Below, piece after piece: positions 17,787-27,407 of a stretch of DNA of 64,000 nt. The stretch is from the NCBI GenBank assembly GCA_027622665.1, contig JAQBYT010000002.1, positions 96,001 to 160,000 on the forward strand. Direction: 5' to 3'. A program made the position numbers and the translations under genes. Numbering within the stretch: position 1 is the first letter of the stretch; every line of letters begins with the position of its first letter. The notes under the pieces are model-generated. The model was not told the origin of the DNA. It saw only the letters and a list, made by a program, of their open reading frames with translations, and did not search any database. The DNA is from Verrucomicrobiota bacterium. GTDB lineage: Bacteria > Verrucomicrobiota > Verrucomicrobiia > Opitutales > Seribacteraceae.

Positions 17787-19049
17787 ATGGCTGACTCAAG
17801 ACAGGTCGAGCAAGCCTATTCATTGGCTCGTGAACGCTACGCCTCCCTTGGAGTCGACGCGTCGGCCGCCTTGGAGAACGTTTCCGAAATTTCCATATCA
17901 CTGCAATGCTGGCAAGGCGATGATGTCAGAGGATTCGAAGATAGCGGTGCAGAGATTGGAGGGGGGTTGGCCGTAACCGGTAATTATCCGGGCAAAGCGA
18001 CTACGGTGGATGAACTGCGTTCAGACCTTGAACAGGCCTACTCCTTGATTCCCGGTAGTCACCGACTAAATCTGCACGCATGTTACGGTGAGTTTCCGAA
18101 GCGCGTTGAGCGTGATCAGTTCGGTGTCGAACATTTTCAAGGTTGGATTGATTGGGCAAGGCATCAAGAGGTCAAGCTTGACTTCAACCCAACTTATTTT
18201 GCTCACGAAAAGGCTGCCGATGGCTTTACGCTTTCCCACTACGATGCCGGTATTCGGTCGTTTTGGATCGATCATGGAATCGCGTGCAGGAAGATTGGCG
18301 CCGCCATGGGTAAGGCACAGCGCAGTCCCTGCGTGACGAACGTCTGGGTGCCTGACGGACATAAGGATACACCGGCGGATCGCCGTGCTCCCCGCGAGCG
18401 CTTGGCTCAATCTCTGGATTCCATCTTTGCAGAAAAAATAGATTCATTACACAACCTTGACGCCGTCGAGTGCAAGCTCTTCGGAATCGGGTCCGAGAGT
18501 TACGTCGTCGGGTCACACGAGTTTTATTTGGGATATGCCATTTCACGAAACAAACTCCTCTGCATGGATAGCGGCCATTTTCATCCGACCGAGGTTGTTT
18601 CCGACAAGCTTTCCTCTGTGCTGATGTATGTTCCTGAGATACTCCTTCACATCAGTCGTGGCGTTCGTTGGGACAGTGACCACGTGGTGACTCTTGGGGA
18701 TGAATTGCAGGCGATTGCACAGGAGCTTATTCGCGGCGATTACCTGGACCGTGTCCACATCGGCTTGGACTTTTTTGACGCAAGCATCAATCGTGTCGCT
18801 GCCTGGGTGATCGGCGCTCGCAACACGCTTAAGGCACTCCTTTTTGCCCTGTTGGAGCCAACGGGACAACTCAAGGAACTGGAGCTTGATGGCGATTTTA
18901 CCCGGCGATTGGCCTTGATGGAAGAACTCAAGTCGATGCCATTCGGCTCGGTTTGGGACTACCATTGCATGAAGTCCGGATCACCTGTTGGGGCAGATTG
19001 GCTGGACGAAGTGAGGGCATACGAAAAAGACGTGCTTTCTTTGCGTTGA
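17787..19049 (+). CDS. rhaA: L-rhamnose isomerase
   Basis: [68 protein letters not shown]. Confidence 0.95.
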   Translation: MADSRQVEQAYSLARERYASLGVDASAALENVSEISISLQCWQGDDVRGFEDSGAEIGGGLAVTGNYPGKATTVDELRSDLEQAYSLIPGSHRLNLHACYGEFPKRVERDQFGVEHFQGWIDWARHQEVKLDFNPTYFAHEKAADGFTLSHYDAGIRSFWIDHGIACRKIGAAMGKAQRSPCVTNVWVPDGHKDTPADRRAPRERLAQSLDSIFAEKIDSLHNLDAVECKLFGIGSESYVVGSHEFYLGYAISRNKLLCMDSGHFHPTEVVSDKLSSVLMYVPEILLHISRGVRWDSDHVVTLGDELQAIAQELIRGDYLDRVHIGLDFFDASINRVAAWVIGARNTLKALLFALLEPTGQLKELELDGDFTRRLALMEELKSMPFGSVWDYHCMKSGSPVGADWLDEVRAYEKDVLSLR

Positions 19050-19108
19050 TTATTCTCCCATGCCTTATGTGTCTTGAGTCTAAACTCTGTTAACTTAATA
19101 AGCGATAA

Positions 19109-20719
19109 ATGAAGAAGATTCGACCGTTGGTATTTCTTCCTCCTTTTCTACTGTTGTTGATTGCGGTGTTGATGAACTTTGTGGATAAGGACGCCTTTAC
19201 GAAGACGATGACCGATGCCAATGACGGTGTTCTTGCTGTATTCGGCAAGGTCTTTGCCGTCGCGCCGTTGCTGATGCTTGCGACGTGCATCATTCTTTTC
19301 TTCTCTCCTTTCGGGCGTGTTATCATCGGCGGGCCTGATGCCAAGCCACTGTTGACCCGATGGCGTTGGTTTTCCATCACCCTATGCACCACCATTGCCA
19401 TCGGCATTTTGTTCTGGTCAACGGCCGAGCCGATGACTCATCTTGGCGCTCCTCCAAAGAGTCTTGGCATTGAGCCTCGCAGCGCTGAGGCAGCTGCTTT
19501 TGCGCTGGACACACTTCTTCTCCATTGGACCTTCACACCGTATGCTATTTATACGATTACGGGGCTCATGTTTGCCTTTGCCTATTACAACATGAAAAAG
19601 CCCTTTAGCCTGGGCTCGCCGCTATCGCCCCTGCTTGGGAAATACACAGAGGGATACGCCGGGCAGATCATTGATGCAGTTTGCCTCTACTCTCTGGTTG
19701 CCGGAATGGCGGCATCGCTCGGTGCCGGCATGTTGCTGCTTTCCGGTGGTGTCACTCACATTTGGGGGATAGAAGGGTCTCCTCTCCTATGGGGAATCAT
19801 CGTCACGCTGATTGTGGCTGCCTTCACGATTTCTGCGATCACCGGCCTCATGAAGGGCATTCGGATTCTCTCAACCGTTAACACGGTCTTCCTCTTTTTC
19901 CTTTTGATCTTTGTTTTTGTTTTTGGTCCCACGAAACACATCCTTGTCGAAGGTCTGGATGCCTGTGTTCATTTCGTGACGGGTTTTGTTGAGAAAAACA
20001 TATGGACTGTTACGACTGATGATGCTTGGGCTGATCAATGGACCATCTTTTATTGGGCCAATTGGTTTGCCTGGGCACCCATTAGCGTGGCCTTTCTCGG
20101 ACGCATCTCCTATGGACACTCCGTTCGCTCTTTTCTCGTCGTCAACCTCATGCTCCCGGCTGTCTTTACAGGTATTTGGATGATTGTATTTGGAAACGCA
20201 GCCATCCATCTTGAACTGTTTCAGGGGGCCAATTTGATCGAGACGCTCAATCAGGAAAAGGGTGGCGGCGCCGAGGGCGTATTGTACGCTTTCCTCTCTT
20301 ATTTTCCTTTGGTTGAATTCTTGATCCCGGTATTCCTGCTTGCTACCTTTCTCTCGTTTGTGACTGCGGCCGACTCCAATACCTCGGCGATGGGCGGCCT
20401 CAGTTCAACCGGGATTTCCCCTGAGAGCCCCGAGCCGAGTCGTTTGATCAAGATTGTCTGGGGCGTAATGATCGGCCTGATTGCTTGGGTAATGATAAGT
20501 TTTGCCCATCTCGATGGGATTCGAATGCTTTCCACCCTTGGTGGATTGCCAGCTCTTTTTCTGTGTCTTGGTGCCACCATCTGCATCATCATGGTGGCCT
20601 TCGATCCGAAGAAATACGACACATTCAAAACTGGTTACGACGACTTGGGTAAGCCTTTGACAAAAATTTTAGCAGAGAATGTGAACAGTGTGAAAGAGTC
20701 CGACAAAGAAGTCGTTTGA
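19109..20719 (+). CDS. BCCT (betaine/carnitine/choline) family transporter
   Basis: About 12 hydrophobic segments; GILFWSTAEP, HW, WTIFYWANWFAWAP, FLGRISYG, FVTAADS. Confidence 0.9.
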   Translation: MKKIRPLVFLPPFLLLLIAVLMNFVDKDAFTKTMTDANDGVLAVFGKVFAVAPLLMLATCIILFFSPFGRVIIGGPDAKPLLTRWRWFSITLCTTIAIGILFWSTAEPMTHLGAPPKSLGIEPRSAEAAAFALDTLLLHWTFTPYAIYTITGLMFAFAYYNMKKPFSLGSPLSPLLGKYTEGYAGQIIDAVCLYSLVAGMAASLGAGMLLLSGGVTHIWGIEGSPLLWGIIVTLIVAAFTISAITGLMKGIRILSTVNTVFLFFLLIFVFVFGPTKHILVEGLDACVHFVTGFVEKNIWTVTTDDAWADQWTIFYWANWFAWAPISVAFLGRISYGHSVRSFLVVNLMLPAVFTGIWMIVFGNAAIHLELFQGANLIETLNQEKGGGAEGVLYAFLSYFPLVEFLIPVFLLATFLSFVTAADSNTSAMGGLSSTGISPESPEPSRLIKIVWGVMIGLIAWVMISFAHLDGIRMLSTLGGLPALFLCLGATICIIMVAFDPKKYDTFKTGYDDLGKPLTKILAENVNSVKESDKEVV

Positions 20720-20857
20720 TTTCATCCGGTGCTCCATTCGCGACAGCAACTTGTTTCCCGAAAATCTCTCCCCAAGGACAGCACAGCATTTATGGTCTAT
20801 GTTGTTCGGAACAGGGGAGGGTGTAGCGACAACCACTCCGCTTCGGATTTGGTGGAG
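20719..20857 (+). pseudogene. Relic copy of the 3' end of hydrolase 11719..13029
   Basis: Aligns to 12869-13008 with substitutions and one 1-nt deletion; LVSRKSLPKDSTAFMVYVVRNRGGCSDNHSASDLVE vs LVSQKSLPKDATAFMVYVFRDRGGYRDNHAASDLVE. Confidence 0.85.
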
Positions 20858-21005
20858 TACCTTACCCATCCTCCTCTTTCAAAGTCAAAGCATCGGGATA
20901 TTCGCCAACGGGAGAGACGCCCCCAGTGGTATCAATTATCTCGGAGATGGGCCACAGCAATACGATGTCTTGCTGAAATTTCGCGGTGACTCTCGGCTTC
21001 GCAAC

Positions 21006-21158
21006 CTAATTCTTGCCTATTGCTTTTTCGAGATCCTTGATGCGCTCAGTGAGTTTCTTTATTTTATCTTTATTCAGCATGTTATCCGCCATCAATCCGC
21101 AGATGAGTATAATTGCAACATGAGAGGTTTCGAATATGCCATTTAAGATTTCAAACAT
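21006..21158 (-). CDS. Putative 50-aa small membrane/coiled-coil protein (below the ORF-track cutoff)
   Basis: Hand translation: MFEILNGIFETSHVAIILICGLMADNMLNKDKIKKLTERIKDLEKAIGKN*; hydrophobic stretch followed by a heptad pattern. Confidence 0.5.
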   Translation of the reverse strand: MFEILNGIFETSHVAIILICGLMADNMLNKDKIKKLTERIKDLEKAIGKN

Positions 21159-21255
21159 GATCAAGTTGAGAACTTATTTGAATCTGGGTCAACTTGTTGA
21201 CGACACTGGTTTTGTTCTACATTTCAAAAACAGGTTTTGGTTGAAATGAACGGTC

Positions 21256-22185
21256 TTACTTCCTGCGGTTCTTGTAGTTCATCATCGTGTCTCTCGTGCC
21301 GACCATTCCCTTGTCATCGGTGATTCCTGCAAAGACGATCGGCATGAAGGCTTCCGGTTTCTCTTCCAGGGCCCAGGCGATACCCCGCACCAGGAGCAAG
21401 CGGTACATCGGATCGTGGTAGGTGTAGGTGAAATGCCCGGTGGTCGTCCCGAAGACGCGTCCCTTTCCCGAGGTATAGGTCCAGAATGCCTGTCCCCGTG
21501 CTCCTTTTGAGCTGAGCACCTCGGCGAATGATTGGGCCTCCGTGTTGGCCGCGGTGCCGACTGCCCCGATGACCTCCACCTTGTCGCGCTGGATCATGTC
21601 CCAATACGATTCGTCGTTGAACCGGATGCTCTTGGGCAAGCCGGCAAATACAGGGTGCTTCGTGTTGAGGAAAAGTGGTTCCTTCCGGCTGAACTTGCTC
21701 CAGCGGGAGTCTTTGTTGCCTTTCCAGGAGCACCCGATGCAGCCGGCCAACTTGTGGGCCCGGTCAATCGGTCGAATGATGCATGATTCGTGAATGGACA
21801 CCACCCCTGCACCGTCATCGACGAACTTCTGGTAGCTCGCGAACTGCTTGTCCGTGATGGCAGGTTGATGAAGGTACTGAATCAACAGGTCCGCCTTGTC
21901 GAACTGGGCTTGGGAAGGGAACTGATAGGCTTCGTCGACGGAAACACCTGGAATCTTCTTCAACAAGGGCACGAACAATTCCTTGACCCGAATGTAGTCG
22001 TGTTCGCCTCCCTTGTGGTCCTCCGGCCCATAGAGCCAAAGAATGCGGATGTCCTTGCTGAGCGAGGCTTTCTCGAAGTCGCCGGTTAGTTTCAGCAACT
22101 TTGCTTTGGGCACGGGCTGGTTCGGTTGGGCTGTCAGCAGAGAAGTGAAGGCCAAGGCGCAAAAAAAGGTGATGGAATTTTTCAT
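21256..22185 (-). CDS. ThuA-like (class I glutamine amidotransferase-fold) secreted protein
   Basis: Signal peptide from M at 22185; DHKGGEHDY, GVVSIH, HPVFAGL, DESYW, GRVFGTTTGH, LLVRGIAWA. Confidence 0.75.
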   Translation of the reverse strand: MKNSITFFCALAFTSLLTAQPNQPVPKAKLLKLTGDFEKASLSKDIRILWLYGPEDHKGGEHDYIRVKELFVPLLKKIPGVSVDEAYQFPSQAQFDKADLLIQYLHQPAITDKQFASYQKFVDDGAGVVSIHESCIIRPIDRAHKLAGCIGCSWKGNKDSRWSKFSRKEPLFLNTKHPVFAGLPKSIRFNDESYWDMIQRDKVEVIGAVGTAANTEAQSFAEVLSSKGARGQAFWTYTSGKGRVFGTTTGHFTYTYHDPMYRLLLVRGIAWALEEKPEAFMPIVFAGITDDKGMVGTRDTMMNYKNRRK

Positions 22186-22205
22186 GGTATCTTTAAATTC
22201 AGGAG

Positions 22206-22715
22206 CTATGGTTTTGCGAGGATTCGAATCCAGTTCAGGCAAGTGTTTGAGTTGCCGTGTTTGTCTTGATCTAAGCTAGCCTTGATTTTCGCACTCGCAT
22301 GGAGTCCGATCTCGATTGTCAGCGTGCCGTCCTGAACCTCCACTTCAACTCGTTTTTCCGCAAAATGACCGCTTGGCGTCGTGAGGTTGCGAAACACCAC
22401 TTGGCTTTCGACGGTTAGGTTTTGGCCCAATTGTTTGTGTTCCAAATCCCCGATAGACAAATCTACCAAGTACTTTCCGTTTGGCAGGACATATTCCCAA
22501 AGGTTATGGCCGCGAGTAAAGACGAAACTATTTCGGAGGCTGTTTTTTCCAGAATTGCGTAGTCGGGTATTTCCGGAAAGGTCGTGTCGCCACCCGAACC
22601 CTTTTTTCTCACCGAAGAGTCCGCCTGAATCGTTTGTGAACCCATCTGCCTCGATCCCACCAGAGGCAGTGAAGTTGATCGCTCGAACAATCTTGGCCGA
22701 TGGAGGGACTGGACC
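22206..22715 (-). pseudogene. Start-less 3' fragment encoding a galactose-binding/malectin-like beta-sandwich domain
   Basis: The frame of ORF 22206..22469 stays open upstream: GPVPPSAKIVRAINFTASGG...KKGFGW...WEYVLPNGKYLVDLSIGD...VEVQDGTLTIEIG...NTCLNWIRI. Confidence 0.6.
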
Positions 22716-23062
22716 CGCGACGTATAAACCAGCACGTCCTTGCCCTTGCAGACCGGCAGATAACTGCCCTGGCCGGGACGGACGAGAACGTTGGCCTGAT
22801 GCTGGCCGATCGTTACCTTCTCCCAGCTTGCCTTTTCGGTCGCGCTTTGGGAGAGATCCCGCCCCACTTTGTGCATCAGGACCCTGGCCTTTTCCGGATT
22901 CTCGCAGACAAACCTGCGCCCGGTCACGTTGCCGCTTGTCTCCAGCTTGGATTCGTTTACCTTGCCAAACCCGCGCAGCTCCCCGGCAAAAAGACTGGCG
23001 CCGAAACTGCCAATAACAATCAAACCAGCCAATAATACTTTTGTTGTTGATCTTATCTTCAT
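22716..23062 (-). pseudogene. 5' fragment of a secreted paralog of the 23147..27061 glycoside hydrolase, fused out of frame to the fragment at 22206..22715
   Basis: Signal peptide, then ELRGFGKV...RFVCENPEKARVLMHKVGRDL resembling LRGYGSL...RLRCATAEKAGITLGKYRSDL; sequence loses protein-like character after VLVYTS. Confidence 0.6.
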
Positions 23063-23146
23063 GCTTGTTCTCCGTTTTGTTCTATTGTCGTCATTTTTCT
23101 CTCCTTGTGTGTTTAGATAACAGTGTCTTGTTGATTCAATCCCCGA

Positions 23147-26100
23147 CTACAGTTGATCCGGGTCGTAATAGCGTATCTCCACCACCTTCACCTCCGTAGT
23201 ATGCTTGGGGTACTGCGACATCAGCGACAGGTCGTTGGGACGGTCGTATTGCAGGAAGGGGGTGATGTCCACCATGGCATGCCTCCCGGCAAAATCCCGG
23301 TTGATCAGCCGGCCATTGAGGAAGAAACGTGCGACGGTGTCCCCCTCCGTTTCAATCCAGAGCAGCGCCCGTTTCCCCTTCATGGCCGGGTCCGGAACGA
23401 ACGTACGGCGCACCTGGTCACGCTCCATTTTCGTATTCCCGGGAAGTTGCACCCCATTCCAGTCCCCGGCCAGGGACTGCCGGGCCGCTGGTTCCGGGAC
23501 ATGTTCCAGCCAGACGTTGCCGACAATGCCGCCGATGACCGACAGCGTTTCGGTCGCCACCGCAAGCGTGTGCTCGCCCGGCGTCAAACGGGCGGTGATG
23601 TTCTCACAAATGTAGCCGTGTTCCCCGCCCGTCACGGGCTTGCCGTCCAGATAGACTTGCATCTTGCCGCCCGGCAGGGTGGGATAGCCTGGACTCGCCC
23701 CCCGGATCCAGAGCCAGGTCTGCCCCTGCGCGCGCCAATCGTCCGGCACGCTGAAGCGTTTGCGGAAGATGCCGCGCTTCGTGTCCGGGTATTTCGTTCC
23801 GTACCAGACGCCGATGTCCATGCGGTCCCACGCGTGGTCGTCAACGTCGGCGCCGGCCAGCGCCACGGCGTCCTTCATTTCGGCCGGCACGGGGCGGAAA
23901 GCCCAGTCCGCGTCCAGCGGCAACGTGTTCTGCCATGGTCGAAGTTTTGGCGCCGGGGCCGGGGCCCGGGTCCCTTTCCACCAGTCGCGTTGCAGGTTGA
24001 TCCATTCCAGCGGCGCGGCGGCGATCCCCGGGCGCGGCGCCAGGAACACGTACGTCTCCATCGGCTCAATCTTCAACCCGGAAAAACTCGTATTATTGCC
24101 GGCGATCACGCCGGTCACGTTCGAGTCGGCGAGAATGTCGCGCATCGTGGTCCGGTTGCCGGGCACCGTGAGCGTGACGGAGGATGGTTCCTTGATGAAG
24201 ACCGCGGAAACGACATACACGTCATACAACCCGTTGTTGCTGACAAAGTGCGCCGTGCGGCACCCCGCCGCCTGCGGCGCGGCCGGCACATCCACCCCGC
24301 ACCATTTCAGCAATTCCGTCCACCCGGTCGCGACACGGGGCATCTGGGTCCCCATGGCGATCACCTTGCCCTTGCCCAGTGGCCGCACCCCCATGGCGAT
24401 CTTGCCGTCCTCCCACATGAGGATGTCCTGGCACTCCGGCGCCACCTTTTCCAGGAACACGCCCGCTCCGCCCACGGCCGGACGATGAGCGTCGCGCTTG
24501 GACCAGGCCGGGTCGGCAAACACGGTCTGCCCGTCCACCGGCGCCACCCGACTGTTATCGTTGTACCCCACCGGCTTGTACCCGGTCAGCCGGTTGATCG
24601 GCCAGGCATCCGGGATTTCCGGCGTATGGCGCCCGGTGTGCCCCTGCGTGACAAAGATGCCGCCAGCCCGCACCCACGCCTCGATACGGTCGATCAGCGC
24701 GTCGTCCATCACCAGCGTGGCATCATCGATGATCACTTTGTAGCGATCGGCGTTCCCGCGCGCAAAATCGCTCTCGTTGATCAGGTCGCGCGGGTTGGGA
24801 ACCGCGTAGTGCGACTCCAGTCCGCGACCGCGATGGCCCCATAACAGGGCCGTGGGTCTGAAGCTGTCCCACGGGAAACCGGTCAATCGACGCGATCGCA
24901 CACCTTCCAGAACCGCCACCTCCGCCCGCGGCCCGTGATACTTGCCGAACAGGTGCACCAGCGGCTGGCGCGCCTCGAACCAGGCTTTCAGGTCCGGCCG
25001 CCACAGGATGTCGCCGATGTCCATGAAGTAATCGATGGCGTTCACTCCTTCCGTCAGCCAGTTTGAAAAAAACGCCTTCAACGAGGGCAGGTCGTATGCC
25101 GGGTTCCCGGGTTCCAGGCTGAAGGGAAGCCCGGAACTGCGCGACAGCGACGGCAGCCGGTCTATCCAGGTGCCGGTCATGCCGCCGGTGTCCTGGATAT
25201 AGCAACCGTACTCCTCCCCCATCATTTTCAGGATGTCGGAATGATCCTGGGGCGACATGAATTTGATCGCTTTGTCGGGATCTTCGCGTCGGATCGCCTC
25301 GACCGAACGGCGCAGACCGTCCTCGCGCAGCCAGGCGATAAAGTCGCAATAGTCCACCCACCGCGCGTTCTGCTCCGGCCCGAGATCGGGATAACAGCGC
25401 GGCGCTTCCGGCGAGAGATAGACGCGGTAGGACAGTTTCCCCCACGGCAACCGCAGGGCGACATGGTTGGTCCCGGGACGCAGCAGGCCGCCGACCTCGA
25501 ATGCCACCCAGGATAGATGGGCGGGATAGGTCTGGGCCGGCAGGCGCTGACCATTGACGGCAATCTCCATCGTGAGACCGCCCTTTTCCAGCGTCCAGGC
25601 ATAGAGCCAGACCTTGCCCCCGGCCTTCACCCGGGCCAGTTGCTCGTCAGTCAGTTCGAACGTGCGCCGAAAAATGGTCGGCGCGCGCCGTTGTTCCCGG
25701 AACATTGTCCGGTCGTCGCCCGGCGCCACAATCTTCTGCCAGCCGCTGTCATCGAGATCAGGGACATTCCACTTGTCCTTCGCCTCGGCCGGCAACTTCT
25801 CCACCAGCTCGCGGCGCCACTCGCCTTTCAAATCGACCGCCTCTTCCCCCCAGCCCAGGAATTCCGCCGGCTCGGGCAGGCGGATATCGTCCCAGTTCTT
25901 GATCCGCCCACGACCGCCCGACCAGCGTTGGTCCACCGTCGCGGGCTTGCCGTATTTGCCGCGCAACCAGTCGCGGTAACGCGCATCGGCGACCGGACCG
26001 TAAACCATGAACTTCGCATGGTCGGTGCTACCGAGTTCACCGTGCCATTCGCCGTAACCCAACACGTTGGTGAAACCGCCATACCGGCGCACGGATTGGT

Positions 26101-27061
26101 AAAGGTCAGCCAAAAGCTGATCCTTGCCTTTGACCGAGATCCAGCTGAGGTTGTTGCCCTGACTGCCGAACCAACCGTTGTGGCCGTTGACGCCGCCAGA
26201 CCAATTCCCGATGAACTGCGGCACCGTCATCGCCATCTCATCGGCAAAGCGGTTGGCAATCCATTGCGGCGCCGGCCGGCCCTGCATCTGAACCGTCACC
26301 GGGATGCCCATCTCGCGCGCCAGTTCGAGCGCCCAACGCTTGCTCTTGTCTTCGAGAATCCCCGCCGCGCTGACGGTCGAGTTGAGCCCGACGTCGATCT
26401 GCAGACCGACGCCCATCGCTTTCGCCCAGGCGAATTTCTCGCGGACATCGTAGGTCGCCTCCTGCTTCTCCGGCGCCTTCAGCGGCGGGTTGCACCAGAA
26501 CCCGAACCCCCAGCGGTCGAACTTGTCCAGGAAGTACGGGACAGGCGCGCCGCTGAAGTCGAGATCGGCGGCCAGGTCGAGCTTCAGGGCGTCGAGCAGC
26601 GTTTCGAGCTCCGCAGTGCCCGGAGCGGTCACGATGAGCACCGACCGGTTCTGCCGCGCGGCGAGAATAACGCCGCAGCCGTCGATCAGGGCCACCGGGA
26701 TCGCGTTGCCGCGGAGTTTGGCGGTGCTCTCGGTCACCCCGCCCAGGGCACGGAGGTCGGACCGATACTTGCCCAACGTGATTCCGGCCTTCTCCGCCGT
26801 GGCGCAGCGCAGGCGCAGCACCGACGCCGTCTCCTTGCCGCCCGCCAGCGCATACTCGACAAATTCGCCCCCGAGCGAACCGTAACCGCGCAGCGGCATG
26901 TCCGGCAGTTCGCTCCGACGCAACTCGGTCAGCCCGGCCGGGGCCGCGGCCGGCACTCTCAGTGAGGATGCGCCCGGTGCACAGCCCGTCGCTCCCGCCA
27001 GCAGGAGGAACAAGCATAACGTACCTGCCGGCAGCGTGAACGATTTCGTTTTTTTCAGCAT
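23147..27061 (-). CDS. Large lipoprotein glycoside hydrolase, beta-galactosidase (GH42-like) with trimerisation and jelly-roll sugar-binding domains
   Basis: Lipobox-like LAGATGC; YRDWLRGKYG..VDQRW; trimerisation-like YKVII...IEAWVRAGGIFV..GHTG; GH2-N-like LKGEW/DDSGW/FRRTF motifs; visibly GC-richer than flanks. Confidence 0.7.
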   Translation of the reverse strand: MLKKTKSFTLPAGTLCLFLLLAGATGCAPGASSLRVPAAAPAGLTELRRSELPDMPLRGYGSLGGEFVEYALAGGKETASVLRLRCATAEKAGITLGKYRSDLRALGGVTESTAKLRGNAIPVALIDGCGVILAARQNRSVLIVTAPGTAELETLLDALKLDLAADLDFSGAPVPYFLDKFDRWGFGFWCNPPLKAPEKQEATYDVREKFAWAKAMGVGLQIDVGLNSTVSAAGILEDKSKRWALELAREMGIPVTVQMQGRPAPQWIANRFADEMAMTVPQFIGNWSGGVNGHNGWFGSQGNNLSWISVKGKDQLLADLYQSVRRYGGFTNVLGYGEWHGELGSTDHAKFMVYGPVADARYRDWLRGKYGKPATVDQRWSGGRGRIKNWDDIRLPEPAEFLGWGEEAVDLKGEWRRELVEKLPAEAKDKWNVPDLDDSGWQKIVAPGDDRTMFREQRRAPTIFRRTFELTDEQLARVKAGGKVWLYAWTLEKGGLTMEIAVNGQRLPAQTYPAHLSWVAFEVGGLLRPGTNHVALRLPWGKLSYRVYLSPEAPRCYPDLGPEQNARWVDYCDFIAWLREDGLRRSVEAIRREDPDKAIKFMSPQDHSDILKMMGEEYGCYIQDTGGMTGTWIDRLPSLSRSSGLPFSLEPGNPAYDLPSLKAFFSNWLTEGVNAIDYFMDIGDILWRPDLKAWFEARQPLVHLFGKYHGPRAEVAVLEGVRSRRLTGFPWDSFRPTALLWGHRGRGLESHYAVPNPRDLINESDFARGNADRYKVIIDDATLVMDDALIDRIEAWVRAGGIFVTQGHTGRHTPEIPDAWPINRLTGYKPVGYNDNSRVAPVDGQTVFADPAWSKRDAHRPAVGGAGVFLEKVAPECQDILMWEDGKIAMGVRPLGKGKVIAMGTQMPRVATGWTELLKWCGVDVPAAPQAAGCRTAHFVSNNGLYDVYVVSAVFIKEPSSVTLTVPGNRTTMRDILADSNVTGVIAGNNTSFSGLKIEPMETYVFLAPRPGIAAAPLEWINLQRDWWKGTRAPAPAPKLRPWQNTLPLDADWAFRPVPAEMKDAVALAGADVDDHAWDRMDIGVWYGTKYPDTKRGIFRKRFSVPDDWRAQGQTWLWIRGASPGYPTLPGGKMQVYLDGKPVTGGEHGYICENITARLTPGEHTLAVATETLSVIGGIVGNVWLEHVPEPAARQSLAGDWNGVQLPGNTKMERDQVRRTFVPDPAMKGKRALLWIETEGDTVARFFLNGRLINRDFAGRHAMVDITPFLQYDRPNDLSLMSQYPKHTTEVKVVEIRYYDPDQL

Positions 27062-27114
27062 GTCAGACCTCCTGTACGGTAATGGTTGATTTCTTCGCGT
27101 AACAGTTCAGGTAT

Positions 27115-27229
27115 CCAGAATTCAGGAGTCAGAAGACGGAATTCAGAATGGAAAAAATGCCTCTCGCAACTTTCCGCAAGCCTATTTGGCGCAAGTTTTG
27201 AATTCATTCTGTCTCCTATCTCCTGTCTC
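27115..27229. repeat. Two oppositely oriented arrays of degenerate heptamers (consensus near TCAGRAK)
   Basis: CCAGAAT TCAGGAG TCAGAAG ACGGAAT TCAGAAT (27115-27149) and ATTCTGT CTCCTAT CTCCTGT (27206-27226). Confidence 0.65.
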
Positions 27230-27407
27230 AATATCACCATGCGAAATAGAAACATCGAGTTTCTCATCTTCGCGGGTAGGTTCAGTTTTTCTTTCTTCAT
27301 AATCATTTTCCTCTTCTTTTTCTGGGTTCTATGTTTCTGCCCTATTCTTGGGAAAGATCAGTCCAACCCGTGGCGGAGAACGGAATTCGACCGCCCGTTT
27401 GATAATC

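Noticed and set aside
23153..26965. Long + strand ORFs (563 aa and 482 aa) opposite the glycosidase
   Set aside because: Antisense shadows of a GC-rich gene; no recognisable motifs.
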